Under the pieces are notes generated by a model. It saw only the letters and a list, made by a program, of their open reading frames with translations, searched no databases and was not told the origin of the DNA. 64,000 nt of DNA. It comes from Rhodanobacteraceae bacterium. GTDB taxonomy: Bacteria > Pseudomonadota > Gammaproteobacteria > Xanthomonadales > SZUA-5. Within the stretch, counting starts at the first letter, position 1; each line of letters opens with the position of its first letter. The DNA is taken from contig JANNYA010000168.1 of NCBI GenBank assembly GCA_031409855.1, forward strand, positions 5,715-69,714, in the 5' to 3' direction. The translations under genes were made by a program, and so were the position numbers. Shown piece after piece: positions 8,574-18,485 of the stretch.

Positions 8574-10025
8574 TTGGTACGCTTGCAAGTCAAACTTCTT
8601 GGGCAGCAAACCTTGACCAAAAGCCTCGCGCTCATTGTTGACGACGAACCCGCGCTGTTAGACACCATGACCCTCACGCTGATTCGCATGGGCCTTGCTG
8701 TGGAAACCGCAATGACCGTTGCGGACGCGAAATTAAAGCTAACGCGGCAGAAGTTTGATTTATGTTTCACCGACATGCGTTTACCCGATGGTTCTGGCCT
8801 GGAACTCGTTACACATATAAGTAAGGACTTCCCTGATACGCCGGTGGCGATGATTACCGCCTATGGCAATCAGGAAGCAGCCGTCAATGCGCTCAAAGCC
8901 GGTGCCTTTGATTTTGTCAGCAAACCGGTTGATTTAAGCCAAATCCGAGCCTTGGTGGGTAGTGCGCTAAAATTGCGGGAAACACGGCCCGCCCTAGTAA
9001 CCAACACGCGTAGCCCAGAAAAGTCAGATTTGCCCCAAGCCGAGGCAAAAGCTGACGTTAAATTGCCACAGCTGCTTGGCGAATCCGACGCCATCTTAGA
9101 AGTGCGCGGCAAAATCGCCAAACTCGCGCGTAGCCAAGCGCCGGTCCACATCGCCGGCGAATCCGGCGTCGGCAAAGAATTGGCGGCACACGCCATTCAC
9201 GACGGCGGCCCGCGTGCCGGTGGCCCGTTTATACCGGTCAACTGCGGCGCAATTCCTTCGGAGTTAATGGAAAGCGAGTTTTTCGGCCACAAAAAAGGCA
9301 GCTTTACTGGCGCAACCGCCGATAAAGACGGCTTATTTAAGGCGGCAAGCGGCGGCACACTGTTTTTAGATGAAGTCGCCGAACTGCCCATGCACATGCA
9401 GGTCAAGCTGCTGCGTGTGCTGCAAGAAAAATGCGTGCGCCCGATTGGTGCCACGGCAGAAGTCCCGGTCGACGTTCGGCTACTGAGTGCCACGCATAAA
9501 GATTTATCAAAATTAGTGGATGCTGGGCAGTTCCGGCAAGATTTGTACTATCGCATCAACGTAATTGAGCTGAAAATCCCGGCGCTGCGTGAACGTGGAC
9601 GCGATGTGGCACTTTTGGCTGAGCATTTTCTGACGCGTTTGGCAAACGAATGGACAATCACCAAACCAACTCTGTCTGCGCACGCAAAAGAAGAGCTTAA
9701 CCGCTATGATTTTCCAGGCAATGTACGCGAGCTACAAAACGTACTTGAGCGTGCCGTCGCGTTAAGTGAAAACGACACCATTGAAGCGCACGACCTACAA
9801 TTGCGCCCCAGAACCGGCATGCAGCCCAGCGTTCCTGCCGATGCCGAAGCCGCGTTACGATTAAAAAACAGCTTGGGCCTGATGGAAAAAGTTGAGGAAC
9901 TCGAACGCGACACCCTTCTCAAAGCACTTGAAGACACGCGCTGGAACCGCACGGCGGCAGCGAAGAAACTCAATATTACTTTTCGCGCTATGCGTTACCG
10001 CTTGAAAAAGTTAGGGATCGAGTAG
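8574..10025 (+). CDS. pilR: sigma54-dependent response regulator PilR (NtrC family)
   Basis: Receiver domain (LIVDDEP...CFTDMRLPDGSG...KP). AAA+ sigma54-activator core (GESGVGKE, ESEFFGHKKGSFTGA, LFLDEV, RQDLYYRI). C-terminal Fis-type HTH (RTAAAKKLNITFRAMRYRLKKLG). Sits next to the pilin genes. The true start may be the TTG at 8613 (LTKSLALIVDDE). Confidence 0.85.
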   Translation: MVRLQVKLLGQQTLTKSLALIVDDEPALLDTMTLTLIRMGLAVETAMTVADAKLKLTRQKFDLCFTDMRLPDGSGLELVTHISKDFPDTPVAMITAYGNQEAAVNALKAGAFDFVSKPVDLSQIRALVGSALKLRETRPALVTNTRSPEKSDLPQAEAKADVKLPQLLGESDAILEVRGKIAKLARSQAPVHIAGESGVGKELAAHAIHDGGPRAGGPFIPVNCGAIPSELMESEFFGHKKGSFTGATADKDGLFKAASGGTLFLDEVAELPMHMQVKLLRVLQEKCVRPIGATAEVPVDVRLLSATHKDLSKLVDAGQFRQDLYYRINVIELKIPALRERGRDVALLAEHFLTRLANEWTITKPTLSAHAKEELNRYDFPGNVRELQNVLERAVALSENDTIEAHDLQLRPRTGMQPSVPADAEAALRLKNSLGLMEKVEELERDTLLKALEDTRWNRTAAAKKLNITFRAMRYRLKKLGIE

Positions 10026-10089
10026 TTGCAATCCGTTCAGCAACTGTTGGGCAAAAACTGACGTTAACAGGGCAAAAAGAGGTCACTTT

Positions 10090-10827
10090 ATGACGCGATG
10101 GAAGGCAGCAGGAATTCACTTTTCGATTAGTTTGATGATTGGCATTGCGGCGTTTTGCCTGCTGTATTTTGTCTATTACCCGCAGCCGTACTTTGTCGCC
10201 GCAGGCGCGAGCGTGCTGGTTCTGCTTTTACTGGGCGTGGATGTCGTATTAGGGCCACTTCTGACGCTAATTGTATTTAAAAGTGGCAAAAAAACGCTCA
10301 AGTTTGATCTTGCCGTTATTGCGATCATGCAGACAATAGCCCTCGTTTACGGCTTGCACGTCGTTTGGAGCGCCCGCCCGGTATTTGTGTTGGCCGTCGT
10401 TGATCGCCTAGAGATCATCTATCCAGGTGCAATTGATGCAAAGCAGTTTGCGCTGGCGGCTTTCCCGGAGTTTAACGCTGAGCCGCGCTTTGGGCCCGTG
10501 TTTGGAATTACCCGCCGTCCTAAGGCCGGTTCAGAGCAGATGGAAATTATTGAATCGTCGCTTGCCGGCGTTGATATTCAGTACTTCCCAAAATTTTTCA
10601 TGCCTGCCACCCCAGCGGCACTGAAAACATTTTTATTGCATGCCAAAAGGGTTGATGATTTGCCCAGCAAGGCGCGAAAACTCGCGGAAGCCTATGTCAC
10701 CCTCCACCAACTCAAAGGTGAGATTGTCGCAATCCCGATGCAGGGCCGCGCCGCTGAATTTACTGTATTGTTTGATCTTGACACTGGCAAACTCTTAACT
10801 GCGTTGCCCGCCGGGGCGTGGGACTAG
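10090..10827 (+). CDS. polytopic membrane protein, probably a TfpX/TfpZ/FimB-type type IV pilin accessory protein
   Basis: 245 aa with 3-4 N-terminal TM helices. The segment GVDVVLGPLLTLIVFKSGKK..KFDLAVIA matches what I recall of pilin accessory proteins. It lies directly upstream of pilA. Family assignment is from memory only. Confidence 0.55.
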   Translation: MTRWKAAGIHFSISLMIGIAAFCLLYFVYYPQPYFVAAGASVLVLLLLGVDVVLGPLLTLIVFKSGKKTLKFDLAVIAIMQTIALVYGLHVVWSARPVFVLAVVDRLEIIYPGAIDAKQFALAAFPEFNAEPRFGPVFGITRRPKAGSEQMEIIESSLAGVDIQYFPKFFMPATPAALKTFLLHAKRVDDLPSKARKLAEAYVTLHQLKGEIVAIPMQGRAAEFTVLFDLDTGKLLTALPAGAWD

Positions 10828-10839
10828 CCCAAACGAACA

Positions 10840-10854
10840 TGGCTCGATTCTTGC
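10840..10854 (+). promoter_or_regulatory. sigma54 (-24/-12) promoter for pilin gene 1
   Basis: TGGCTC-GATTC-TTGC has the GG-N10-GC spacing of the TGGCAC-N5-TTGC consensus. It lies 30 nt upstream of the ATG and pilR is adjacent. Confidence 0.7.
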
Positions 10855-10884
10855 CGGTGACCCCGTTGGTCATGGAGAATACCG

Positions 10885-11412
10885 ATGCGTAGCACTGGAT
10901 TTACCCTTATTGAATTGATGATCGTCATCGCGATCATCGGTATTTTGGCGGCAATTGCCTTGCCAGCGTATCAAAATTACGTAATACGCACTAAAGTAAG
11001 TGAAGTGTTAGTTGGCTGTGGTAATGTCAAAACCTTACTCAGCGAAGCCTTCCAAATCTCAAGTGTCCGAGGCTTAACGCAAGCGGCCATTGTTTATAAT
11101 GCCCTGCCGCCCGCAGAAAAACGATCTAAGTTTATAGATGGTATTGTCATAACGGAGGATGATCCATGGGATATTCGGTGCGCGCTCAGTGCAACCACTG
11201 GCAACGGAATTCCGACCATTCTTAATGGCAACTACATCACGTTGACGCCAAACGTACAAAGGGTTAGACCAGCTGCAACAGGTCCAGGATCCGTCGGCGC
11301 AATCGATTGGGCGTGTGCCTCTGAATCTACAATTACCGCAACTGCCCGGGGCCTCACCAGCGCGGTGCTTGGCACCTTGCCGGCCAAGTACGCGCCTTCG
11401 GAGTGCCGCTGA
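10885..11412 (+). CDS. pilA: type IVa major pilin (copy 1)
   Basis: Prepilin leader MRSTG|[27 protein letters not shown], with a C-terminal disulfide loop (C...C in WACASES...APSECR). Confidence 0.9.
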   Translation: MRSTGFTLIELMIVIAIIGILAAIALPAYQNYVIRTKVSEVLVGCGNVKTLLSEAFQISSVRGLTQAAIVYNALPPAEKRSKFIDGIVITEDDPWDIRCALSATTGNGIPTILNGNYITLTPNVQRVRPAATGPGSVGAIDWACASESTITATARGLTSAVLGTLPAKYAPSECR

Positions 11413-11427
11413 ATTCCCGGCCATGCT

Positions 11428-11442
11428 TGGCACGATACTTGA
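11428..11442 (+). promoter_or_regulatory. sigma54 (-24/-12) promoter for pilin gene 2
   Basis: TGGCAC-GATAC-TTGA has a perfect -24 box and correct spacing. The -12 element is TTGA rather than TTGC. Confidence 0.6.
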
Positions 11443-11518
11443 ATAGCATTCTGCACGGGCTCTGGTCCGGTGTCTCACCCAGCGAAGTTCCCACTAGTAC
11501 TCAAAAAGGATTAAACCC

Positions 11519-12064
11519 ATGAAAATGATTAGCAAAGGCTTTACCTTAATCGAATTGATGATCGTTATCGCGATCATCGGTATTCTTGCCGCCATCGCAC
11601 TGCCTGCTTACCAAGACTATACGATTCGCACCAAAGTCAGCGAAGCAGTGATTGCCGCTTCGAGCGTTAAGGGTTTATTGAGCGAAGCATTTCAAACCGA
11701 CAGTGTTGCTGGCCTCGACGCCGCAGCCGCAGCTTACAACGTTATTCTAGTTGCAGAAAAATCTTCCAAGTTCGTCAATGATATCCAGGTTCAAGCTGGA
11801 ACACCGTGGGGGATTACAGTTTTAATTGCGGCAAACGCCAACAACGGTATCCCAGCTGCACTTAATAACAACACTATCAGCTTGTGGCCAAACGTAACAA
11901 ACCAGGTACCAAATCCAGGTCCAGGTCCAGGATCCGTCGGCGCAATCGATTGGGCTTGTACCTCTTCCACGACCCTGACTGCGGGCACCCGTGGTCTACT
12001 AAACAATCAAATCTCACTCGGCATTCCTTTGCCTGCCAAGTACGCACCTTCAGAGTGCCGTTAG
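11519..12064 (+). CDS. pilA: type IVa major pilin (copy 2, paralog)
   Basis: MKMISKG|[27 protein letters not shown], and the same C-terminal [10 protein letters not shown]...[11 protein letters not shown] as copy 1. Confidence 0.9.
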   Translation: MKMISKGFTLIELMIVIAIIGILAAIALPAYQDYTIRTKVSEAVIAASSVKGLLSEAFQTDSVAGLDAAAAAYNVILVAEKSSKFVNDIQVQAGTPWGITVLIAANANNGIPAALNNNTISLWPNVTNQVPNPGPGPGSVGAIDWACTSSTTLTAGTRGLLNNQISLGIPLPAKYAPSECR

Positions 12065-12100
12065 AGCTTAGCGACCAAGTTGTAATTGGTTAAACACTCA

Positions 12101-12129
12101 GAAAGGCCCGAAAGGGCCTTTCTGCTTTT
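12101..12129 (+). terminator. rho-independent terminator after pilin 2
   Basis: GAAAGGCCC-GAAA-GGGCCTTTC perfect hairpin followed by TGCTTTTCC. Confidence 0.85.
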
Positions 12130-12205
12130 CCGTATTGCAAATCAGCGCTAGAATCGCGCAAGCACTAGGCGTACTATTTAGCTCGATACTTCATGGGAGT
12201 AAGAC

Positions 12206-13462
12206 ATGGCGGCCGCGATAGCAGTTAAAAATAAAAATATAGGGCGCGCTGCAGTAAGCGCGCTTCAGACCTTTGCTTGGGTAGGTACCGACAAGCGTGG
12301 TATGAAGCTACGCGGTGACGAGCTGGGGAAGAACGAAAACTTGGTGCGCGCGGAATTGCGCAAGCGTGGCATCGTTCCGAGCGTTGTAAAGGTGAAAAAG
12401 GACAGCTTTTTTTCCGGCAGCGGTGGCACAGTTAAGGCAAAAGATATTTCGCTCATAGCGCGCCAGCTAGCGACAATGATGCAGGCCGGTGTGCCCTTGG
12501 TGCAAACCTTTGAAATTTTGGCAAGCGGTAGTGAAAACCCCGCAGTAAAAAAACTACTGAATGCGGTAAAGACGGAAATTGAAGGTGGTTCTTCGTTGTC
12601 TGAAGCCTTGAGTAAACACCCGGCACAATTTGATGAATTGTTTGTCAACTTAACCCGCGCCGGTGAAACTGCAGGTGTGTTGGATACAATTTTAGACACA
12701 ATAGCAACCTACAAAGAAAATATTGAAGCGATCAAGGGCAAGATTAAAAAGGCACTATTTTACCCGGCCTCGGTGATCGCAGTTGCGGTCGTCGTAAGCG
12801 CCGTTTTGTTAATTTACGTCGTGCCGCAGTTTGAAGCAGTATTTGCTAATTTCGGCGCAGAATTGCCCGCATTCACGCAAATGATTGTTCAGGCGTCAAA
12901 GTTCCTAGTCAGTTACTGGTGGCTTGCACTTATGATTGCCATCGGCTTTGGTTTTGCCTTTTTTATGGCGATGAAACATTCTTGGACGTTTCGGCGCTTT
13001 TTAGACCGCATGATGCTTAAATTGCCTGTAGTTGGGCTGATTTTGCACCAATCAGCAATATCGAGATTTGCACGGACTTTGGCGATCACGTTTAAAGCCG
13101 GCGTGCCTTTGGTGGAAGCCTTAGATACGGTGGCAGGTGCAACCGGCAGCATTGTTTATTCTGAGGCGGTACAGCGGGTTAAAGAGGATGTCGCGGTGGG
13201 GCATCAGTTGAATCTTGGTATGCGTCAGACGAATTTGTTCCCCAACATGGTCGTGCAAATGGTAGCGATTGGTGAAGAAGCCGGTGCGCTAGATACTATG
13301 CTGCTTAAAGTGGCGGAGTTTTACGAGCAAGAAGTTTCCAACTCGGTTGATGCGTTATCAAGCTTGATGGAACCCTTCATCATGGTGGTTATTGGCACCC
13401 TTGTTGGTGGTATGGTTATCGGTATGTATCTGCCTATCTTTAAGCTCGGGGCGGTCATCTAA
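12206..13462 (+). CDS. pilC: type IV pilus platform protein PilC (GspF family)
   Basis: 418 aa with the two-repeat GspF architecture (ARQLATMMQAGVPLVQ... and FARTLAITFKAGVPLVEAL...), three TM segments and a C-terminal GMYLPIFKLG. Confidence 0.9.
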   Translation: MAAAIAVKNKNIGRAAVSALQTFAWVGTDKRGMKLRGDELGKNENLVRAELRKRGIVPSVVKVKKDSFFSGSGGTVKAKDISLIARQLATMMQAGVPLVQTFEILASGSENPAVKKLLNAVKTEIEGGSSLSEALSKHPAQFDELFVNLTRAGETAGVLDTILDTIATYKENIEAIKGKIKKALFYPASVIAVAVVVSAVLLIYVVPQFEAVFANFGAELPAFTQMIVQASKFLVSYWWLALMIAIGFGFAFFMAMKHSWTFRRFLDRMMLKLPVVGLILHQSAISRFARTLAITFKAGVPLVEALDTVAGATGSIVYSEAVQRVKEDVAVGHQLNLGMRQTNLFPNMVVQMVAIGEEAGALDTMLLKVAEFYEQEVSNSVDALSSLMEPFIMVVIGTLVGGMVIGMYLPIFKLGAVI

Positions 13463-13504
13463 AGCGGCTCATTTTGGCGTCCAAAAATTGACGAAAATAC
13501 CGGA

Positions 13505-14248
13505 ATGAAATCTGAGATCGACTTCGCCATCATCGGCGGCACTGGCTTGTACGCCCTTGATGAGCTAAGCGATGTTGCGCAGCACACAGAATCGAACCGC
13601 TACGGTACGCCCAGTAGCGCGATTACCACCGGCCTGTGGCATGGGCGCCGGGTGGCGTTTTTGACGCGCCACGGCGGTGATCATACGATTGCGCCGCACC
13701 GGGTGAATTACCGCGCCAATATCCAGGCGTTGAAAGAGTTTGGTGTTAGCCGGATTGTTGCAGTAAACGCGGTCGGTGGAATTCACCAGGATATGGGGCC
13801 GAAAGCGATTTCGATTTGCGATCAGTTAATCGACTACACGCATGGACGGCTCAGCAGTTTTTCCGATTTTCCAGGCGAAAAAGTCGTGCACATCGACTTT
13901 ACTGAGCCCTACAGCGCCAGCATGCGTAAAGCGCTCGGCGCTGCGGCGCTAAAGGCTAAAATTGTAGCGTTAGAGTTCGGCTGCTACGGCTGCACCGAAG
14001 GCCCGAGGTTGGAAACGAAGGCTGAGATTGCCAGAATGAAGCGCGATGGTTGCGATTTAGTCGGTATGACTGGCATGCCCGAGGCGGTGCTGGCGCGCGA
14101 AGCCGGAATTGACTATGGCTGTATCGCCGTTGTGGCAAATTGGGCGGCGGGCTGCGGTGAGCAGAGTGAAATCACCATGGCGGAAATTTTTGCAAACTTG
14201 GCGCAGGGTATGGCAGACGTCAAGTCTATTTTGACGGAGCTTGAGTAA
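13505..14248 (+). CDS. 5'-methylthioadenosine / methylthioinosine phosphorylase (PNP family 2)
   Basis: FAIIGGTGLY...FLTRHG..H.IAPHRVNYRANIQALK...VAVNAVGGI...GPRLETKAEI...DLVGMTGMPEAVLAREAG is typical of MtnP/MTIP. Confidence 0.85.
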   Translation: MKSEIDFAIIGGTGLYALDELSDVAQHTESNRYGTPSSAITTGLWHGRRVAFLTRHGGDHTIAPHRVNYRANIQALKEFGVSRIVAVNAVGGIHQDMGPKAISICDQLIDYTHGRLSSFSDFPGEKVVHIDFTEPYSASMRKALGAAALKAKIVALEFGCYGCTEGPRLETKAEIARMKRDGCDLVGMTGMPEAVLAREAGIDYGCIAVVANWAAGCGEQSEITMAEIFANLAQGMADVKSILTELE

Positions 14249-14255
14249 ACTCGAA

Positions 14256-14771
14256 TCAGCCGCCACCCGCCGCTTTCACCCGCTGAGCATTCAAAATGCT
14301 GGCGGAGACCAACAATAAGCCGCCAGCCAGCATTAAAACCGCGTGCAGCACGACCGCGCGCGCTGGGCTAAATGCCCCGCTCAGCGTCAAGGCCGCGCCG
14401 AAGGCATAAATTAGCCACACCCTTGCTTGCGCTGAGCTACTGATTTTGCCGCGCCAGCGCGCTTGAATTAGCGTCAAGGCGGTCAAAAAAAGCCCGGCAA
14501 ACACCAAAGGTTGTTCAAAACGTACGCTTTGCAGTAAGAAGATCGCGGTGTGGTGTTGCGGATCGCGCACGGAATACAGTGCCATTTTCAGTGTTGGCAT
14601 CAGCACGAACAGCAAGGGCACCAACGCACAGTGGATTGCACAGGCAAGCGATAAGCCACCGCTAATAAATAGCCAAGCACGGGCAAAATAGCTACCTGCA
14701 CCCGTTTCCGCGTTGGGAAGTTGTCGAAACGTAGGTAGTGCTGCGATTCCGGACACTGAAATTCCTGACAC
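14256..14771 (-). CDS. MerC-domain membrane protein
   Basis: 171 aa with four hydrophobic helices and the LACAIHCALVPLLF motif characteristic of MerC-family proteins. Confidence 0.6.
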   Translation of the reverse strand: MSGISVSGIAALPTFRQLPNAETGAGSYFARAWLFISGGLSLACAIHCALVPLLFVLMPTLKMALYSVRDPQHHTAIFLLQSVRFEQPLVFAGLFLTALTLIQARWRGKISSSAQARVWLIYAFGAALTLSGAFSPARAVVLHAVLMLAGGLLLVSASILNAQRVKAAGGG

Positions 14772-14935
14772 CTAAAGCTCCGAAGTAAAGTCTATAACAA
14801 ACTAGATGTTATACAGTATCACTAGAGTTCCAAATGTTCCAGCGCTGAAGCGGTGCCGTGACGTCGATATTCAGTGTTGCGCACACACAAAGGCGTGCTT
14901 AAATCGCTACTTTATCGAACTGAGTTGGTTTTCCG

Positions 14936-17257
14936 ATGCGACTTTCCACTTTTTGCTCGGCGCTCACGCGCGCCACCCTGCACGCCACGCCAGTTATTAT
15001 TGGCCTGATGATCACTTGCTTGACTTGGAGCCCACTGATGCTGGCTGCGCCCGCACAAACTGACGCGAAAATAGCCGTGAAATTCAACCCCGGACAACTA
15101 ACTTTGGAGCGCCTCTACGCCGAGCCCGCGCTCGGTGGGCAACCGCCAATGAGCATGAAGCTCAGCCCGGATGGCCGACGTGTCACGTTTTTGCGTGGCA
15201 AGGCGGAAAATTCTTTCGCGCTGGATCTTTGGAGCTACGATATCCGCAGCAAAAAGACCGCGCTACTGGTGGATTCGGCAAAAATTACTGGCGCACCGGA
15301 AACCGTGTCCGAAGAAGAAAAGTCGCGTCGGGAGCGCATGCGCATCGCTGCTTTAAGCGGCATCGTTGACTACCATTTTTCCACCGATGGCAAACAGCTG
15401 GTGTTCCCGCTCAGCGGTGCGCTGTATTTGTACAACTTGAGTTCCGGCGCGGTACAAACGCTAACCGATGTCAAAGCCGGTGCGGTGGGTGACCCGCAGT
15501 TTTCGCCAAAAGGGAATTTCGTCAGCTTTGTGCGCGGCGGCAATCTGTACGCAGTCGAACTAGCAAGCAAACGCTTGATCGCGTTGAGTAAGGAGGGCGG
15601 CGGCACCATTAGCTATGGCAGCGCTGAATTTGTCGCGCAAGAAGAAATGGATCGTTTCACTGGCTATTGGTGGGCCCCGGACGAGCGCTTTGTCGCGATG
15701 CAGCGTTATGACGAGGCAAAAGTGAATCTGGCGAAACGCTTTGAGATTTACGCTGATCGTACCGAAGTCGTGGAACAGCGCTACCCCGCATCTGGGCAAA
15801 CGAATGCCACGGTTGCGCTCTTTGTGGTCCCCGTGGCGAATCCAGAAAAGGCGGTGCAGCTTGATTTAGGCAGCAATAGCGATATCTATCTAGCCCGCGT
15901 GAATTGGCTGCCTGACAGCTTGCGCATCGCAGTGCAGCGGCAAAGCCGGGATCAAAAAACGCTGGATTTGCTCTTTTGCGATGCTAAAACCGGCGCTGCA
16001 AAAGTCGTTTTGACTGAGCGTAGCGATGCATTCGTTAATCTGAATCATGCGCTGACTTTTTTAAAATCTGTGCCTGAGTTTATCTGGGCGTCCGAGCGCT
16101 CTGGCTTCAATCATCTATATCGCTATGATTTAAGCGGCAAATTGCTGGGCACCATAACGCAGGGAACTTGGCTGGTGGATAAGCTGTTGCGCGTCGATGA
16201 AGCTGTAAAAACCGCGTATTTCTCCGGCAATTTGAACGACCCGATCCAAATGCAGACCTATGCGGTGGCCTTGGACGGCAGATCTCCACCGCGCCAGTTG
16301 ACCACCGGTTCGGGTACCCACGTCAGCACCTTTAGTGAGGACGCCAAACAGTTTTTAGACAGCTATTCCGACATGCTAACGCCGCCACAAGTGCGCTTGC
16401 ATAAAGCCGATGGCAGCGTGCAGGCTGTGTTGGACGCCAATGAAATCAAGCCCGGGCACCCGTTATTCGCCTATCAAAAGAACTTGATCGAGCCCGAATA
16501 CGGCACTTTGAATAATGCGGATCAAGCGCTGCAGTATCGCATCTACAAACCCAGCAACTTTGATGCCGCCAAGCGCTACCCAGCCTTGGTTTACACCTAC
16601 GGCGGCCCGCACGTGCAAGTGTTGCAACGTAAGTTTGGCGATCTTTTGCCGCAGGTCTTGGCGCAGCAGGGCTATGTAGTTTTCAGCCTAGACAACCGTG
16701 GCAGCGCGCGTCGTGGCGCAACATTTGAAGCCGCGATCTATCGAAAAATGGGCGGCCCGGATGTGCAAGATCAACTTGCCGGCATCCGTTGGCTAGGCGT
16801 GCAAAGTTATGTCGACAAAGCCCGTATCGGCGTTTATGGTTGGAGCTACGGTGGCTATATGACGCTGCAAATCTTGACGCAAGGCGGCGATCTAGTGGAG
16901 GCCGGAGCCGCCGGTGCGCCGGTTACCGACTGGGCTTTATACGATACGCATTACACCGAACGCTACATGGCCAAGCCTACTGACAACGTCGCAGGCTATA
17001 AAGCCGCCACCGTGGCGACGCATTTAGACGGTTTACGTGCGCGCCTGCTGTTGATTCACGGCATGGCCGACGACAACGTGCTGTTCACCAACAGCACAAC
17101 TTTAATGAGCGAGCTGCAAACGCGCGGCGTCGAGTTTGATCTGATGACCTACCCCGGCATGCGCCACGGCCCGGCAAATCCAAAAACTAGGCTGCATATT
17201 TATCGTGGTATCGAGGCGTTTTTTGCGCGTGAGCTGAAGTTAGGAAACGGCGACTAG
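14936..17257 (+). CDS. dipeptidyl-peptidase IV-type serine peptidase (S9B)
   Basis: 773 aa with a signal-like N-terminus and a propeller region. The C-terminal hydrolase part has DNRGS, GVYGWSYGGYMT (nucleophile) and HGMADDNV...HG. Confidence 0.88.
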   Translation: MRLSTFCSALTRATLHATPVIIGLMITCLTWSPLMLAAPAQTDAKIAVKFNPGQLTLERLYAEPALGGQPPMSMKLSPDGRRVTFLRGKAENSFALDLWSYDIRSKKTALLVDSAKITGAPETVSEEEKSRRERMRIAALSGIVDYHFSTDGKQLVFPLSGALYLYNLSSGAVQTLTDVKAGAVGDPQFSPKGNFVSFVRGGNLYAVELASKRLIALSKEGGGTISYGSAEFVAQEEMDRFTGYWWAPDERFVAMQRYDEAKVNLAKRFEIYADRTEVVEQRYPASGQTNATVALFVVPVANPEKAVQLDLGSNSDIYLARVNWLPDSLRIAVQRQSRDQKTLDLLFCDAKTGAAKVVLTERSDAFVNLNHALTFLKSVPEFIWASERSGFNHLYRYDLSGKLLGTITQGTWLVDKLLRVDEAVKTAYFSGNLNDPIQMQTYAVALDGRSPPRQLTTGSGTHVSTFSEDAKQFLDSYSDMLTPPQVRLHKADGSVQAVLDANEIKPGHPLFAYQKNLIEPEYGTLNNADQALQYRIYKPSNFDAAKRYPALVYTYGGPHVQVLQRKFGDLLPQVLAQQGYVVFSLDNRGSARRGATFEAAIYRKMGGPDVQDQLAGIRWLGVQSYVDKARIGVYGWSYGGYMTLQILTQGGDLVEAGAAGAPVTDWALYDTHYTERYMAKPTDNVAGYKAATVATHLDGLRARLLLIHGMADDNVLFTNSTTLMSELQTRGVEFDLMTYPGMRHGPANPKTRLHIYRGIEAFFARELKLGNGD

Positions 17258-17364
17258 CCGCTCGTCTGCACCTTCAAGCCGGTCAGCGGTGTCACGTTGT
17301 AACGGGTTGGCGGGTGTGGTTTTATAGTATGGAAGTAGTTCCATTGGCCAAATGGGTGAACGTT

Positions 17365-17952
17365 ATGCTGCAAATTAATACCAATCGTACGCGAGTAAAG
17401 TTTTGCCGAAGCAGGCAAACAAGCTGGGGCTTCACGATCATGGAAATGATGATCACACTTGCAATCGTGGCCATCCTGGCCGCCATTGCCATACCAAATT
17501 TCAAATTTCAAATCGAACAGGGCCGGTTCACGGCTGCCTCCAATGAAATTATTACCGCGTTGAACTACGCCCGTGGCGAGGCTTTGCGTCGCTCCCGGCC
17601 AGTCTCAGTAAGCAGGGTTGGAACCACTTGGCAGGACGGTTGGACCGCGTTTATCGACCCGACCCGTGCTGGCGTACTTGGTGCACTACCGGTGTTGCGC
17701 GCAGGAAACGGCGTAAGTTACCAGCTCGATGGCTCGTTGCCGCCGCCGGGGAAAAGGTACGCCGTCGAAATTACGGGTGCGCCGCCTTTTGTCTTGTTTG
17801 ATTCCAACGGGCGACGTAGAAGTAACGTAGCCGACGCGTTTGTCAGCTTTGAGGTATTCAAAACAGATGCCGAGATCAGCTCCAAACGCACCGTCTGCGT
17901 ATCGCAAAGTGGTCGCATTTTCCTAACAAAAGGGGCAGCCGCATGCGTCTAA
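17365..17952 (+). CDS. type IV minor pilin, FimT/FimU (GspH) type
   Basis: Prepilin-like G|FTIMEMMITLAIVAILAAIAIPNF. Start chosen at the ATG at 17365 (the track ORF starts at 17314). It is the first gene of the minor pilin operon. Confidence 0.75.
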   Translation: MLQINTNRTRVKFCRSRQTSWGFTIMEMMITLAIVAILAAIAIPNFKFQIEQGRFTAASNEIITALNYARGEALRRSRPVSVSRVGTTWQDGWTAFIDPTRAGVLGALPVLRAGNGVSYQLDGSLPPPGKRYAVEITGAPPFVLFDSNGRRRSNVADAFVSFEVFKTDAEISSKRTVCVSQSGRIFLTKGAAACV

Positions 17953-18485
17953 GCCGTCAAAAAAACGAGCACGGGGCTTCCATGGTGGAAGTGCTCGTTG
18001 CGATCGTAGTCTTTAGTCTAGGCCTGCTGGGCCTGTTATCGGCCGCAGCACTCTCGATACGTACCAATGCCGATGCCTACACCAGCACGCAAGTGGTGAA
18101 TATCGCGGAATACCTAATGGGTGCGATGCGGCGTAATTCCCTCGGTGTGTATGACCGTGACTACGATGGCGCGATTGCGGCCATTAATATTTATTCCGGC
18201 GCGCCGCCTATGATTCGTGGTTGTCCCGCAGGCAGCCCCTGCACCAGTGCTTTGCAAGCGGCGGATGATCGTAATCAGGTCGCGCTGTTGATGGGCCAAT
18301 ACCTGCAGCCAACCACTGCGGCAGCGAACGTCGTCTGCGATGTCCGACGGGTATTTCCCAGTATTGCAGGCTTGGCGGGGCCAGGAACGCGACCGCCGTA
18401 TGTGGGCAGCTGCCGCCTAACGATGACCTGGGCAATTGACCGGGCCGGAACTTTAAATACTAGATCTTGGGTGTTTCAGCCATGA
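17943..18485 (+). CDS. pilV: type IV pilus minor pilin PilV
   Basis: G|ASMVEVLVAIVVFSLGLLGLL N-terminus. Its position in the operon fits pilV. It overlaps the previous gene. Confidence 0.8.
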   Translation: MRLSRQKNEHGASMVEVLVAIVVFSLGLLGLLSAAALSIRTNADAYTSTQVVNIAEYLMGAMRRNSLGVYDRDYDGAIAAINIYSGAPPMIRGCPAGSPCTSALQAADDRNQVALLMGQYLQPTTAAANVVCDVRRVFPSIAGLAGPGTRPPYVGSCRLTMTWAIDRAGTLNTRSWVFQP

